In this document: positions 42,309-51,974 of the stretch, one piece after another | Numbering within the stretch: the stretch's first letter is position 1 | How the letters are laid out: every line of letters starts with the position of its first letter | Assembly (NCBI GenBank): GCA_963654425.1 | Contig: CAVKAR010000002.1 | Coordinates: 1,845-65,844, forward strand | Source of the DNA: Lachnospiraceae bacterium | Lineage (GTDB): Bacteria > Bacillota_I > Bacilli_A > RFN20 > CAG-826 | DNA: 64,000 nt | Direction of reading: 5' to 3' | Translations under genes and position numbers: made by a program | The notes under the pieces: model-generated | What the model saw: only the letters and a program-made list of their open reading frames with translations | What the model was told of the DNA's origin: nothing | Database searches by the model: none

Positions 42309-43691
42309 TCATCTAATAGAATTAGATGCGCTCTTGCCTAGACGCCCCTTTATTTCGTTTACGGCGTCAGCGAGGTCTTTGTCTGTTTTCAACATTTTCC
42401 CCACTTTGCTTATGGCGCTCATGACCGTTGCGTGGTCTTTGCCGCCGAAGGCCTCCCCGATTTTGGTGTATTGAGCATCCAGCACATCGCGCGATAGGTA
42501 CATAGCGATATGCCTGGCTAACGCGATTTGGCTGGTTCTTATCTTTCCGGTTATCTGAGCCGGAGAGAGATTGTAATAATCGGCCACAACGTTGATTATC
42601 TTGGCAATCGATAGGCTCGCTTCGTCCGTTTTGACGTCGATGAGTCCTCTAACCGAGTCGACCGCCAGCTCAAGGGAGATGTGCTGAGATGGCCGGACGT
42701 TGACGACATAGAAGATAAGCCTATTGAGCGCGCCTTCCAGTTCTCTGACGTTTGTGGAAAACTTCGTCGCGAAGAAAGAGATGACTTCCGGATCGAATTG
42801 CGAAACATCGAGGCTGTTGGCTTCAATCCTCATCCTCAAAATCGCTTCGCACGTTTCCTTGTCTGGTGGGTTGATGGATAGCGGCAAGCCTTGGGTGAAA
42901 CGGCTCTTTAAACGCTCATCGAGGCCGTCGAGGCACGAGGGGTGCTGATCGCTTGTGATGACTATCTGCTTGCCTGACGAGTAAAGCATTTGGAAGATGC
43001 TGAAAAACATCTCCTCGGTTTTGCGTTTCCCGACAAGCATCTGGATGTCGTCCACAAGCAACACATCAACGGAATTTTTGAAGAATGTTTTGAGGTTATC
43101 GTCACCACGCTCCCCCTTGACGTAGTTTACGTATTCGTCGAAAAAGTCCTGCGTGGTTACGTAAAGAACCTTTTTGTTCGGCATCGAATTTTTGATTGAG
43201 TTGCCGATTGCGTGAAGAAGATGCGTTTTGCCAAGCCCGCTGTTGCTATATATCAAAAGAGGATTGTAGAGTTCGCCAGGGTTCTTGCTGATCATGAGCG
43301 AAGCCTGATAAGCCTCGCGGTTGCTTTGGCCGACGACAAAATTGCTGAACGTATACGACGGATTGAGTTTGCTTGTCGAGAAAAAAGTCGGTTTGCTTTC
43401 TTCTTTTTTCTCCACGATATTGCCGGCTTGGTAAACGAAGTTCGCCTCATAATTGCTTTCCAATGAATCGTGTATGATTTCGTCGACCATCCCCTTGTAA
43501 GTTTTGTTGAGGCAATTTTCGGCGACGAGGGAATTCGCGGAGATTATCAGCTTGTTGTCCGTTATTTTGGCGATATAGGTATCCTTGAAGAAGGCCTCAA
43601 ACACCGAAGCCCCTTCCTCTCCTAGCCGAATTCGTATTTTCTCGAGAATCCTTGACCACAGCAAGGTCAATTCGCTGACAGTTTTTTCCAT
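42309..43691 (-). CDS. dnaA: Chromosomal replication initiator DnaA
   Basis: Walker A GLGKTHLL. C-terminal DNA-binding domain. Confidence 0.95.
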   Translation of the reverse strand: MEKTVSELTLLWSRILEKIRIRLGEEGASVFEAFFKDTYIAKITDNKLIISANSLVAENCLNKTYKGMVDEIIHDSLESNYEANFVYQAGNIVEKKEESKPTFFSTSKLNPSYTFSNFVVGQSNREAYQASLMISKNPGELYNPLLIYSNSGLGKTHLLHAIGNSIKNSMPNKKVLYVTTQDFFDEYVNYVKGERGDDNLKTFFKNSVDVLLVDDIQMLVGKRKTEEMFFSIFQMLYSSGKQIVITSDQHPSCLDGLDERLKSRFTQGLPLSINPPDKETCEAILRMRIEANSLDVSQFDPEVISFFATKFSTNVRELEGALNRLIFYVVNVRPSQHISLELAVDSVRGLIDVKTDEASLSIAKIINVVADYYNLSPAQITGKIRTSQIALARHIAMYLSRDVLDAQYTKIGEAFGGKDHATVMSAISKVGKMLKTDKDLADAVNEIKGRLGKSASNSIR

Positions 43692-44060
43692 AAAGAACGC
43701 CTAAAAATTTAGCACACGCCCACATGAAAAACACGCTTTAAAAACACCAAATTATTTTATCCACATTCCAAAGCCGCGAAAAAGGCGATAAACACGCAAC
43801 GAAGAGAGTTGTCCACCAAAATCTAATGTGGAAAACTTGTGGACAAATAAGTCGATTTTGAAAAATGTGGAAAACTAGCAAATGTAAGGGTTTTCATAAC
43901 ATTTACAAATATGGAAAAAAGTTAATAAATAACACACTTTTTATTAGAAAATCCACAAAATGTGAAAAAGTTATAAACAACACTTTTTGTCGATTGTTTT
44001 GCTTCTCCGGCTTGAAAAAGCGCGTTTTATCGCAAGCGCGCGTATGCGTATATTTTTGAT
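43692..44060. promoter_or_regulatory. oriC part 1 / dnaA promoter region with at least six DnaA boxes
   Basis: TTATCCACA at 43756-43764, TTGTCCACC at 43809-43817, TGTGGAAAA at 43827 and 43866, TGTGGACAA at 43838, ATCCACAAA at about 43951. Confidence 0.75.
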
Positions 44061-44086
44061 TGCTTAGAAAAATCGAAAAACCTATA
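44058..44086 (+). promoter_or_regulatory. rpmH promoter (TTGCTT-N17-TATAAT)
   Basis: Seen directly about 40 nt upstream of the rpmH ATG. RBS GGAGGAAAG. Confidence 0.5.
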
Positions 44087-44123
44087 ATCTATCCGCACGC
44101 ACGTCAGATTCGGAGGAAAGCGT

Positions 44124-44258
44124 ATGAAAAAAACTTATCAACCTTCCAAGGTAAAACACAGCAACAAAGCGGGGTTCCGTGCCAGAATGGCCACCCACAA
44201 CGGCCGTCAGGTTCTTGCTCGCCGCAGGGCTAAAGGCCGCGCGAAAATCGCCGACTAA
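44124..44258 (+). CDS. rpmH: 50S ribosomal protein L34 (too short for the ORF track)
   Basis: Translates to [44 protein letters not shown]. Confidence 0.95.
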   Translation: MKKTYQPSKVKHSNKAGFRARMATHNGRQVLARRRAKGRAKIAD

Positions 44259-44284
44259 CCCCATCTCTTTATTCGCTGAGATCT

Positions 44285-44611
44285 ATGAAACGAATCAACC
44301 GAGTGAGGAAACACCAAGAATTCGACGCAATCATTCATGGATCTCACGCCGTCAAAAGCAAACACTTCTCCATTTATTACAGCGTTAAACAAGAGCCTTT
44401 AACGAGAATAGGCATTTCCGTCAGCAAAAAGAACGGAAACGCCGTGACGAGAAACCGTATAAAAAGGCAGGTTCGCGCGATGATAGGATCGAATTTTGAA
44501 CTAAACAAACCATACGACGTGATCATCATCGTCAGAGCGTCATACAAAACGAGCGAATTCGCTTCCAACGCCGAGGAATTAATGGAAACCCTAGGGAAGA
44601 TCGGAGATTAA
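44285..44611 (+). CDS. rnpA: RNase P protein component
   Basis: 108 aa. Basic RNR motif (NRIKRQVR). Confidence 0.9.
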   Translation: MKRINRVRKHQEFDAIIHGSHAVKSKHFSIYYSVKQEPLTRIGISVSKKNGNAVTRNRIKRQVRAMIGSNFELNKPYDVIIIVRASYKTSEFASNAEELMETLGKIGD

Positions 44612-44615
44612 GGCA

Positions 44616-46235
44616 TTGAAACAAAATAACAAAATTAAATTGATCGGGCTCTTCGGGATTTTGGGCACGGCTTTTTTACTTACCGGCTGTACCCAAAACT
44701 TTTGCTCGATCACGGATAAAGCGAACATCGCCTACCCATATGAGCAAGGCGTAACCGTGTATTGCGACAAAGAAGACATCCCTTCCGACTACACAGATGT
44801 CGCAAGACCCGTTTTCGATGACAACGACACTCTTTATGCTTATGTGCCCGTTGACTCGGAAGGCAATTTCACTTCCAAAAAGAGCACATTTTTAGTAAAC
44901 ACGATTATTGCTGGGGCCAAAACGAGAAACTACGCAATCCCATCCCAGGAATACTTTATTGCTCTCGACCAAAAAGTTCTAGAAAACGCTGTGCAATCGG
45001 CTATCAGCGCCAAATACGAAGTTAATGGCCGCATCATTACGGGCACATCGGACTTGAAGGCTTTGGACGTCAACCCGTTTACCGTTAATGACAGCGATGG
45101 CGAAAGCAATTCCGCCGCCGCCGTCAACCATGGAATCCTCCGTGAGTACGGATACGAGAAATTCTTGGGCAAAAACGAAAAAGGCGAAGACGAATTCTGG
45201 TACAACTGGAACTTATGGACCAACGAATTGCGCAATTCCGAGGACCCAAGATTGGGCTACAGCAATTGCCCAAGCGCCGATTTTGCGACTTTTTATCAAT
45301 CGCAGATGAATACCAAGATGGACACCTTCCGCAGCTGCGTCGCTACACGAGATGGCAAATATGGCCATTACGGAAACGAGAGCAATTGGGAAGTCAATAT
45401 TCAAGGAAAGAGTTATTCTTACGCTTGGGGCAAAGGCTTCCTCGAAGGGCTTATTGTTTATCCGGTTGCTTGGATGGTTGACACTTTCGCTTATTCGATG
45501 GATCCGGTCCTATCCGGCGTTGGTCAAATCTGGTCCATTATCTTCGTGACCATCATTGTCCGCGTTATCTTGCTGGCTCTCACCTTCAAAGGGACGATGG
45601 ATCAGCAAAAAATGCAGGCTCTCCAACCTGAGATTGCCAAAATCCAAGCAAAATACCCAAACAGCAACACCAACCGCAGCGAGCAAAGCCGACTTCAACA
45701 AGAGCAGATGGCTCTATATAAAAGGAATAAGGTTTCACCTTTCTCAAGCATTTTGACTTTGGTGATCCAGTTCCCTATTTTCATCTCGGTTTGGAGCGCC
45801 CTCCAAGGCAGTGCCGTTCTTTCTAGCGGCGCCTTCTTGAATTTGCGTTTGTCAGACAGCATCCAAAGCGCATTGTTCAACGTTTCCGGAACATGGTATT
45901 TGAATACAAGCGGCTGGTGGACCGCCTTAGTGCTTTTCATCATTATGGCTGCCGCCCAATTCTTTGCGATGATGCTCCCACAATGGATCAACAAGCGTAA
46001 GCAAAAAGACATGCCGAAGCTTTCGAAAAATCCAGCGCAGAACAAAACCGCTTCCCAAATGAAATGGATAACCTACGGCATGCTTATCTTTACGATTGTC
46101 ATGGGCTTCTTCTTGCCTGCCGCTATGGGTGTTTATTGGGCGATTGGCGCCGTTATCTCAATGGCTCAAACCGTTTTAACCCAATACGTAATGGGCAAAG
46201 TCAAAGATAAGAAAAAACAACAAAGAAAGAGGTAA
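44616..46235 (+). CDS. yidC: YidC/Oxa1 membrane insertase with a lipobox signal and an N-terminal extracytoplasmic domain of about 270 aa
   Basis: Lipobox LTGC. C-terminal 5-TM YidC core with a basic tail. 539 aa. Confidence 0.85.
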   Translation: MKQNNKIKLIGLFGILGTAFLLTGCTQNFCSITDKANIAYPYEQGVTVYCDKEDIPSDYTDVARPVFDDNDTLYAYVPVDSEGNFTSKKSTFLVNTIIAGAKTRNYAIPSQEYFIALDQKVLENAVQSAISAKYEVNGRIITGTSDLKALDVNPFTVNDSDGESNSAAAVNHGILREYGYEKFLGKNEKGEDEFWYNWNLWTNELRNSEDPRLGYSNCPSADFATFYQSQMNTKMDTFRSCVATRDGKYGHYGNESNWEVNIQGKSYSYAWGKGFLEGLIVYPVAWMVDTFAYSMDPVLSGVGQIWSIIFVTIIVRVILLALTFKGTMDQQKMQALQPEIAKIQAKYPNSNTNRSEQSRLQQEQMALYKRNKVSPFSSILTLVIQFPIFISVWSALQGSAVLSSGAFLNLRLSDSIQSALFNVSGTWYLNTSGWWTALVLFIIMAAAQFFAMMLPQWINKRKQKDMPKLSKNPAQNKTASQMKWITYGMLIFTIVMGFFLPAAMGVYWAIGAVISMAQTVLTQYVMGKVKDKKKQQRKR

Positions 46236-46240
46236 TAGCA

Positions 46241-46840
46241 ATGAAAGAATATTCTGGTAAATCGGTTGAAGAATGCTTAGAGAGCGCAAGCCTTGAGCTT
46301 GGCCTCCCAGCCGAGCGCCTTATATATAAGGTAATAGAGGAGAAAAAAGGCCTTTTCTCCAAAAAAGCCTCGATTGAGGTTTACACAATCGATGATGCAG
46401 CTGAATACGCAAAGTCATATCTTGTTGACACGCTCGCTGTGTTAGGCATCGAAGCCACGGCCGAAGGCTTTGTTGAAGACGACATCATTCATGTTTCCTT
46501 GGATAGCAAGCGCAACCCGGTTTTGATCGGGAAAGCGGGACGTACCCTTCAAGCCCTCAATGAACTCGTTCGCCTCGCTGTCTCCAATCGCTTCCGTCAT
46601 CGCTACAGAATCTTGCTTGATGTAGGCGGATACAAAGAGGACAAATATTCCCGCATAGCTTATTTAGCCAAAAGAACCGCAAACCAAGTTCTTAAGAGCC
46701 ATATCGATGTTCAACTTGATCCGATGACGCCAGACGAGAGACGCGTTATCCACAACACCCTTAACGGCATGGAACACATTAAGACGGAAAGCGAAGGCGA
46801 AGGCAGCAACCGCGCTGTGTCAATCAAATACGTAGACTAA
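46241..46840 (+). CDS. khpB: Jag/KhpB (Jag_N, KH and R3H domains)
   Basis: 199 aa. Conserved position after yidC. Confidence 0.85.
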   Translation: MKEYSGKSVEECLESASLELGLPAERLIYKVIEEKKGLFSKKASIEVYTIDDAAEYAKSYLVDTLAVLGIEATAEGFVEDDIIHVSLDSKRNPVLIGKAGRTLQALNELVRLAVSNRFRHRYRILLDVGGYKEDKYSRIAYLAKRTANQVLKSHIDVQLDPMTPDERRVIHNTLNGMEHIKTESEGEGSNRAVSIKYVD

Positions 46841-46847
46841 TAAGCAA

Positions 46848-46873
46848 GCGTCTCGATCGAGACGCTTTTAAAT
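46848..46873 (+). terminator. Perfect-palindrome terminator AGCGTCTCGATCGAGACGCT plus TTT
   Basis: Seen immediately after the jag stop. Confidence 0.6.
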
Positions 46874-47135
46874 TTGGGGTGAAAACGCCGTTTTAAGATG
46901 GTTGTTTTTTGATTTTTTCAATACCTCAAAAACAAAATAACAAAACTAAGATATTTACAATTGTTTTAATTAATCCGATGAAGCCACAACAAATTTAATG
47001 GATAGAAATCACCACACACAAACAAAAGTGATTCTTAAGCTTAAGAAACAAATTATTTTGTGCGTTTGATTGTTTAATAGGCTATACTATCTATCGTATT
47101 CGCAAAAAAAGTATTTTTGCGCATGGAGGTACGCT

Positions 47136-48500
47136 ATGAAAAAAGGACGCTACGTAGTTTCGCTCATCCTGAACTTTTTGATTGTGGCGGCAGTCGCTTT
47201 CGCGGTTGTCAATGCAGTTTTTGAGTTTTTGCCGATGAATGAAGTTTATGCCGGATGCATGATTGGCAAAAACGGCACAAAAATCGATTATCTTTTCGAA
47301 TTTGGGGTTCTTGCGGGGATTTTTGGCGGAATTGCCGCTTTGATAAGCGTAATTTCCGACATTGTTTGCCTCGCCAAGAAAAAACCGACTTCCAAGTTTG
47401 TATCGGTTATCAAAATGGTGTCTGCTGGGTTAGTCTTCGCGGCGGCCTTCAAATTTTTCGTAATCGACTCATTTGGTTATAAATTCCTTAGCGCCAGAAA
47501 CTCATCTTTCGGGACTGCCAATTACGATCTTTATAGAGCTTTCTTGCTCGATTGGCATTGGCCACTGTTTATCAGTGTTGTTGCACCAGCCTTGATTATT
47601 GTTGATTACGTTTTCTTTGAGCTAGACCCAAAGGTAAAGTTCGTAAACGTTCTCTGGAGCTTTATCCCCGGTGTTCTCTATTTTGCCTTCATTGCCATTT
47701 ATGATTTCTTGTTGGTTGCAGCTGGGAAAGCCAGCCTCCCGGATCATTTTGTTTTCACCATTTTCAACTTCCACAAATTTTCACATTGGTACTACATCGC
47801 GATTATTATCGCCGGCGGTATCCTCGGCATCGTTTTAGCGACCATTGTCTTATTCGCGCTTCGTGCCCTTGTCAGAAAGTGCGCTGTTAAAGAAGAAGAG
47901 GCCGCTCCTGCGAAACTTGAAGATGTCGCAACCAAAGAAGAGCAGCCGATCAAAGACGAAGCAAGCGAAAATGCCGTTTCATCGGACGAGGAAAAACACG
48001 ATGACGAAGAATCCGCAGTCGCTGCCGCTCCAGCCGAAGAGAAAATAGAGCCAGTTGTTTCTGAAAAAACCACTCCTACGCAACCGGCCGCTAGCGCAGC
48101 CACCACTCCTTCTAAAACTACGAGCAGCAACACTAAAACTACCACCAAAACCGCTGCCGCGCCTAAAAAGACTGGCAAAAAGGTCATCATCCTTAAAACG
48201 GAAGGCGATAAAGCCCGTGCGGAAGGCATTGATATCAGAATCGACACTGGCGATGAAGAGGCTGAGGAAGCAGCCGAGAGAAAAGCTGAAGCCAAATCAA
48301 CCTATAAATCGGTCCCACGTGTTTATCACATCAGCAAACAGCCTAGCGGAAAATGGCAAGTCAAACTCGCCACGGGCGAAAGAGCCATCAAACTCTTCGA
48401 TACGCAACAACAAGCCATTGTTTATGCCAAGAGCCTTGTAAGGACACAAGGCGGAAGCATCCGCATCCATGCTGTTTCTGGCAAAATGAGAAAGGAATAA
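47136..48500 (+). CDS. Polytopic membrane protein with a Pro/Thr/Ala/Glu-rich low-complexity linker and a C-terminal DUF2188-like domain
   Basis: RBS GGAGG before the ATG for MKKGRYVV. At least 6 TM segments. C-terminus KSTYKSVPRVYHISKQPSGKWQVKLATGERAIKLFDTQQQAIVYAKSLVRTQGGSIRIHAVSGKMRKE matches the DUF2188 pattern (GkW.v...g..ra...f.Tk.eAi..A..la...gs.l.iH). Confidence 0.65.
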   Translation: MKKGRYVVSLILNFLIVAAVAFAVVNAVFEFLPMNEVYAGCMIGKNGTKIDYLFEFGVLAGIFGGIAALISVISDIVCLAKKKPTSKFVSVIKMVSAGLVFAAAFKFFVIDSFGYKFLSARNSSFGTANYDLYRAFLLDWHWPLFISVVAPALIIVDYVFFELDPKVKFVNVLWSFIPGVLYFAFIAIYDFLLVAAGKASLPDHFVFTIFNFHKFSHWYYIAIIIAGGILGIVLATIVLFALRALVRKCAVKEEEAAPAKLEDVATKEEQPIKDEASENAVSSDEEKHDDEESAVAAAPAEEKIEPVVSEKTTPTQPAASAATTPSKTTSSNTKTTTKTAAAPKKTGKKVIILKTEGDKARAEGIDIRIDTGDEEAEEAAERKAEAKSTYKSVPRVYHISKQPSGKWQVKLATGERAIKLFDTQQQAIVYAKSLVRTQGGSIRIHAVSGKMRKE

Positions 48501-48510
48501 ACTTCTCCTT

Positions 48511-49839
48511 ATGGGGAATGTGATAGTCGCACTAGCTACTGCCCCTCTCAAATGCGCACTTCATTTAATCCGTGTGAGCGGAGATGACGCCTTCGCCATC
48601 ACAGATGAGATATTTGCCCATAAGATTTCGGGCCTCCAAAAGAGGTCCGTTTTCGTTGGTAATATAAAAGACAATGGCGAAGACATCGATTCCGTTGTTC
48701 TGATTGCTTATCCTGGCCCAAAGACAATGACAGGAGAGGACGTTGTTGAAATCTCTTGCCATGGAAGCCTTCTGATTGCCAACGAAATCATCGGCTGTTA
48801 TTTGAAAAGAGGGGCACGTTACGCCACGCGTGGCGAGTTTTCGATGCGCGCTTTCTATAACGGCAAGATGGATCTCGTCGAAGCTGAATCGGTCAACGAT
48901 TTGATCAACGCGACAACAAAAGAGGCTAAAAACCTTTCTCTTATGTCGTATCTAGGAAAAACAAGCTCCCTCATCCTCCCATTAAAAAAATCTTTGGCGG
49001 ATCTTCTTTCGCTTATCGAAGTTAATATCGATTACCCGGAATATACCGATATCGAAGAAGCAAACGTCGACACGATTATCTCCGCGATTCAGCCAATCCG
49101 AGCGGAAGTTGCAAGGTTAATAAAAGGCGGAGAAGAGGGGATCGTGATTAGGCAAGGCGTTAAGGTCGCTATAGTAGGAGAGCCTAATGTTGGAAAATCA
49201 AGCTTGTTGAACGCACTCCTTCATGAAGAGAAGGCTATCGTCAGCAATATTCCCGGAACGACCAGAGACGTTGTTGAAGGGGATGTCAATTTACGTGGCA
49301 TTGCTCTCCACCTGCTTGATACCGCAGGCATTAGGAAAGCGACCGACGATTTGGAAAACCTCGGCATTGAAAGAAGCCGAAAGATGATTGAGGAATCCGA
49401 TCTCGTCATTCTTTTGATTGATGCTAGAACCGGTATAAAAAAGAGCGATCAGGAAATCTTGGATAGCTGCGGCAAGAAAAAAGTCATCGTTGCTTATAAC
49501 AAAATAGATCTCACCGAAAAACGCGACGACTCTTTGATTTGCATATCGGCTGAGCAAAACCGCATTGAACCTCTTCTTGATGCCATATACAAGACTCTCG
49601 GCGTCTCCGACGACGCTTTCACCAACCCATCTTTAAGCAATGTTCGCGAATTGGGGCTTTTACGAAAGATTGATGATTGCCTTAAAGGGGCTGAAGAAGA
49701 CTGCGCCAACAGAATGCCGATTGATTTGATTTCGGTAAATTTGAGCGCTGCGTATAATGCTGCTAGAGAGCTTTTAGGGGAAGAAGCGACAACCGATCTC
49801 ACTGATGAGATATTCTCTCGCTTCTGCGTAGGAAAATGA
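48511..49839 (+). CDS. mnmE: tRNA modification GTPase MnmE
   Basis: G-domain GEPNVGKSSLLNAL. C-terminal CVGK. Confidence 0.9.
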   Translation: MGNVIVALATAPLKCALHLIRVSGDDAFAITDEIFAHKISGLQKRSVFVGNIKDNGEDIDSVVLIAYPGPKTMTGEDVVEISCHGSLLIANEIIGCYLKRGARYATRGEFSMRAFYNGKMDLVEAESVNDLINATTKEAKNLSLMSYLGKTSSLILPLKKSLADLLSLIEVNIDYPEYTDIEEANVDTIISAIQPIRAEVARLIKGGEEGIVIRQGVKVAIVGEPNVGKSSLLNALLHEEKAIVSNIPGTTRDVVEGDVNLRGIALHLLDTAGIRKATDDLENLGIERSRKMIEESDLVILLIDARTGIKKSDQEILDSCGKKKVIVAYNKIDLTEKRDDSLICISAEQNRIEPLLDAIYKTLGVSDDAFTNPSLSNVRELGLLRKIDDCLKGAEEDCANRMPIDLISVNLSAAYNAARELLGEEATTDLTDEIFSRFCVGK

Positions 49840-50618
49840 TTCTTGTTGATTCGCATTGCCATATTAATGATGAAGCGTTGTTTTCAAAGCGCGAAGAAGT
49901 AATCAATGAGGCGAGAAAAGCCGGCGTTGGCATTTTTATCGTGCCAGGATGGGACTTAAAGAGCAGTTTAGAAGCCATCGCAATAGCGAACGAATATAAA
50001 GATGTTTATGCCGCGATAGGTTTTCATCCGGAAAATTTGGAAAACGTGAGTGAAGAAGCTTTGCTAGAAATCGAAACACTAGCAAAAAACAAAAAAGTTG
50101 TCGCGATCGGGGAAATAGGGCTCGATTACCATTGGTATAAAGACGAAAAAGACCACGAAAATCAGAAAAGATGGTTTGAAAAGCAGATTGATTTGGCCAA
50201 TAAACTCAACCTGCCGATCAGTATTCATGCCAGAGAAGCGAGCGAAGATGCGCTCTCTTTGCTCAAAAAGAAGCCGTTAAAAGCCGGCGGAGTGCTCCAT
50301 TGCTACAGCGGTTCCACCGAATCGCTTGGCGAATTCGCGAAATTAGGCCTTTATTTCGGGTTTGATGGTCCGATAACGTACAAAAACGCCATAACGCCTA
50401 AGACAAATGTAACCAAATGCCCTCTCAATCGCCTTCTCTCCGAAACGGATTCACCATACCTAGCCCCAGTCCCATATCGAGGAAAAGAAAATCGCCCAGC
50501 ATACATAAAAGAAATCGTTAAGCAAATGGCTTTTCTTAGAGAAGCAAGCGAAGAATCAATCGCTGAGGCAATACTCGAGAACACGAAAAAGCTGTTTCAC
50601 GTGGAGCCGCAATTATGA
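49836..50618 (+). CDS. tatD: TatD-family metal-dependent hydrolase
   Basis: N-terminal DSHCHIND motif, 260 aa. Confidence 0.85.
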   Translation: MILVDSHCHINDEALFSKREEVINEARKAGVGIFIVPGWDLKSSLEAIAIANEYKDVYAAIGFHPENLENVSEEALLEIETLAKNKKVVAIGEIGLDYHWYKDEKDHENQKRWFEKQIDLANKLNLPISIHAREASEDALSLLKKKPLKAGGVLHCYSGSTESLGEFAKLGLYFGFDGPITYKNAITPKTNVTKCPLNRLLSETDSPYLAPVPYRGKENRPAYIKEIVKQMAFLREASEESIAEAILENTKKLFHVEPQL

Positions 50619-51148
50619 GCAGATACCCGGCCTTAATCGTCGTCGAGGGCAAAAGCGACAAAGATCTCATCGAATCTTTCTTAGATGCGGACATTATAAC
50701 GACAAACGGCTCTGAAGTTTCACGTGAAACTATTAATTATATTAAAGAAGCTAGAAAAATACGGGATGTTGTTGTTTTGACAGACCCCGATTCCCCTGGC
50801 AAAAGAATCCGCGACATCTTGAACCAGAATATAGATGGCCTCTTGCATGCTTTCATTCCAAAGGAAAAAGCTATAAAGCGTCATAAAGTAGGGGTGGCCG
50901 AATCTAGCAAAGAAGTGATTTTAGAGGCTCTAAACCACCTTGTTCCGTCTTCTTATGAGAACACAAGTGCTTTGGAATATTCGGATTTGTATGATTTGGG
51001 GCTTCTTGGCCAAAATGACTCTTCCTACAAGCGCCAAATCGTTGAGAATGAATTGCATTTGGGCCACTGTAACGGAAAGACTCTTTTGAAAAGAGCTAAA
51101 GCTTTGGGCCTTTCTAGGGAAGATTTGGAGGAAGCTTTGCATGAATGA
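50615..51148 (+). CDS. rnmV: Ribonuclease M5 (Toprim domain)
   Basis: ALIVVEGKSDKD Toprim motif, 177 aa. Confidence 0.8.
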   Translation: MSRYPALIVVEGKSDKDLIESFLDADIITTNGSEVSRETINYIKEARKIRDVVVLTDPDSPGKRIRDILNQNIDGLLHAFIPKEKAIKRHKVGVAESSKEVILEALNHLVPSSYENTSALEYSDLYDLGLLGQNDSSYKRQIVENELHLGHCNGKTLLKRAKALGLSREDLEEALHE

Positions 51149-51956
51149 AGAACATTATTTTGAGAAAATCGCCGAATACAAGCTTTTGGCAAAGCATGAG
51201 GTCGGCCAAAACTTCTTAATTGATAAAAACGTAGCAAAAAAGATAGTTGATTTGCTTGATATCAGCAAAGATGACAATGTCCTTGAAATTGGAAGCGGCG
51301 CCGGATCGCTCTCTTTTTATCTCTCTTTTTATAATTGTCCAATCACGCTTATCGATATTGATGAAGCCCTCGTCACCAAACTTAAAGATGATTTCAAAAG
51401 CAAGCCCAACATGAATGTAGGGCAGGCTAACGCCCTGAAGTACGATTTGACGCCTTTTACCAAAATAGTGGGCAACCTCCCTTATTACATCACCTCAGCC
51501 CTGCTTGAATGCGTTTTGCTAAATGGACGGCATTGCCAAAAAGCGTCTATCATGGTCCAAAAGGAGGTTTTTGCACGTTTGGCGAGCGGCCCGAAGCAAG
51601 AGGGGTACGGACCTTTGCCTATCCTTATCGAATATCGCGCGAAAATTAAGAAAGAATTCGTTGTTCCGCGTTCGTCTTTCGCTCCAGCCCCGCACGTTGA
51701 TTCCTTGGTTTTTACTCTATCCTTCAAAAAGGGTTCTTCGCCGGAGATCGCGAAAGAACTATATAACCTCACCAGTGCTTTGTTTTTGCACCGCCGCAAA
51801 ACCATATTGAATAATCTCTCCTCATATCTCAAAGATGAAGCAAAAGCCAAAGAGATTCTGCTCAAAGCGAACATCGAACCAAGAAAAAGACCGGAGGAAA
51901 TCGATTTAAATGGATATTTATCCATTTTGGCTAGTTGCACCTCCTCAAATAGGTAG
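51141..51956 (+). CDS. rsmA: 16S rRNA (adenine1518/1519-N6)-dimethyltransferase
   Basis: GQNFL and VLEIGSGAG motifs. Confidence 0.9.
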   Translation: MNEEHYFEKIAEYKLLAKHEVGQNFLIDKNVAKKIVDLLDISKDDNVLEIGSGAGSLSFYLSFYNCPITLIDIDEALVTKLKDDFKSKPNMNVGQANALKYDLTPFTKIVGNLPYYITSALLECVLLNGRHCQKASIMVQKEVFARLASGPKQEGYGPLPILIEYRAKIKKEFVVPRSSFAPAPHVDSLVFTLSFKKGSSPEIAKELYNLTSALFLHRRKTILNNLSSYLKDEAKAKEILLKANIEPRKRPEEIDLNGYLSILASCTSSNR

Positions 51957-51974
51957 TATCATCTTCTAGCGTTT

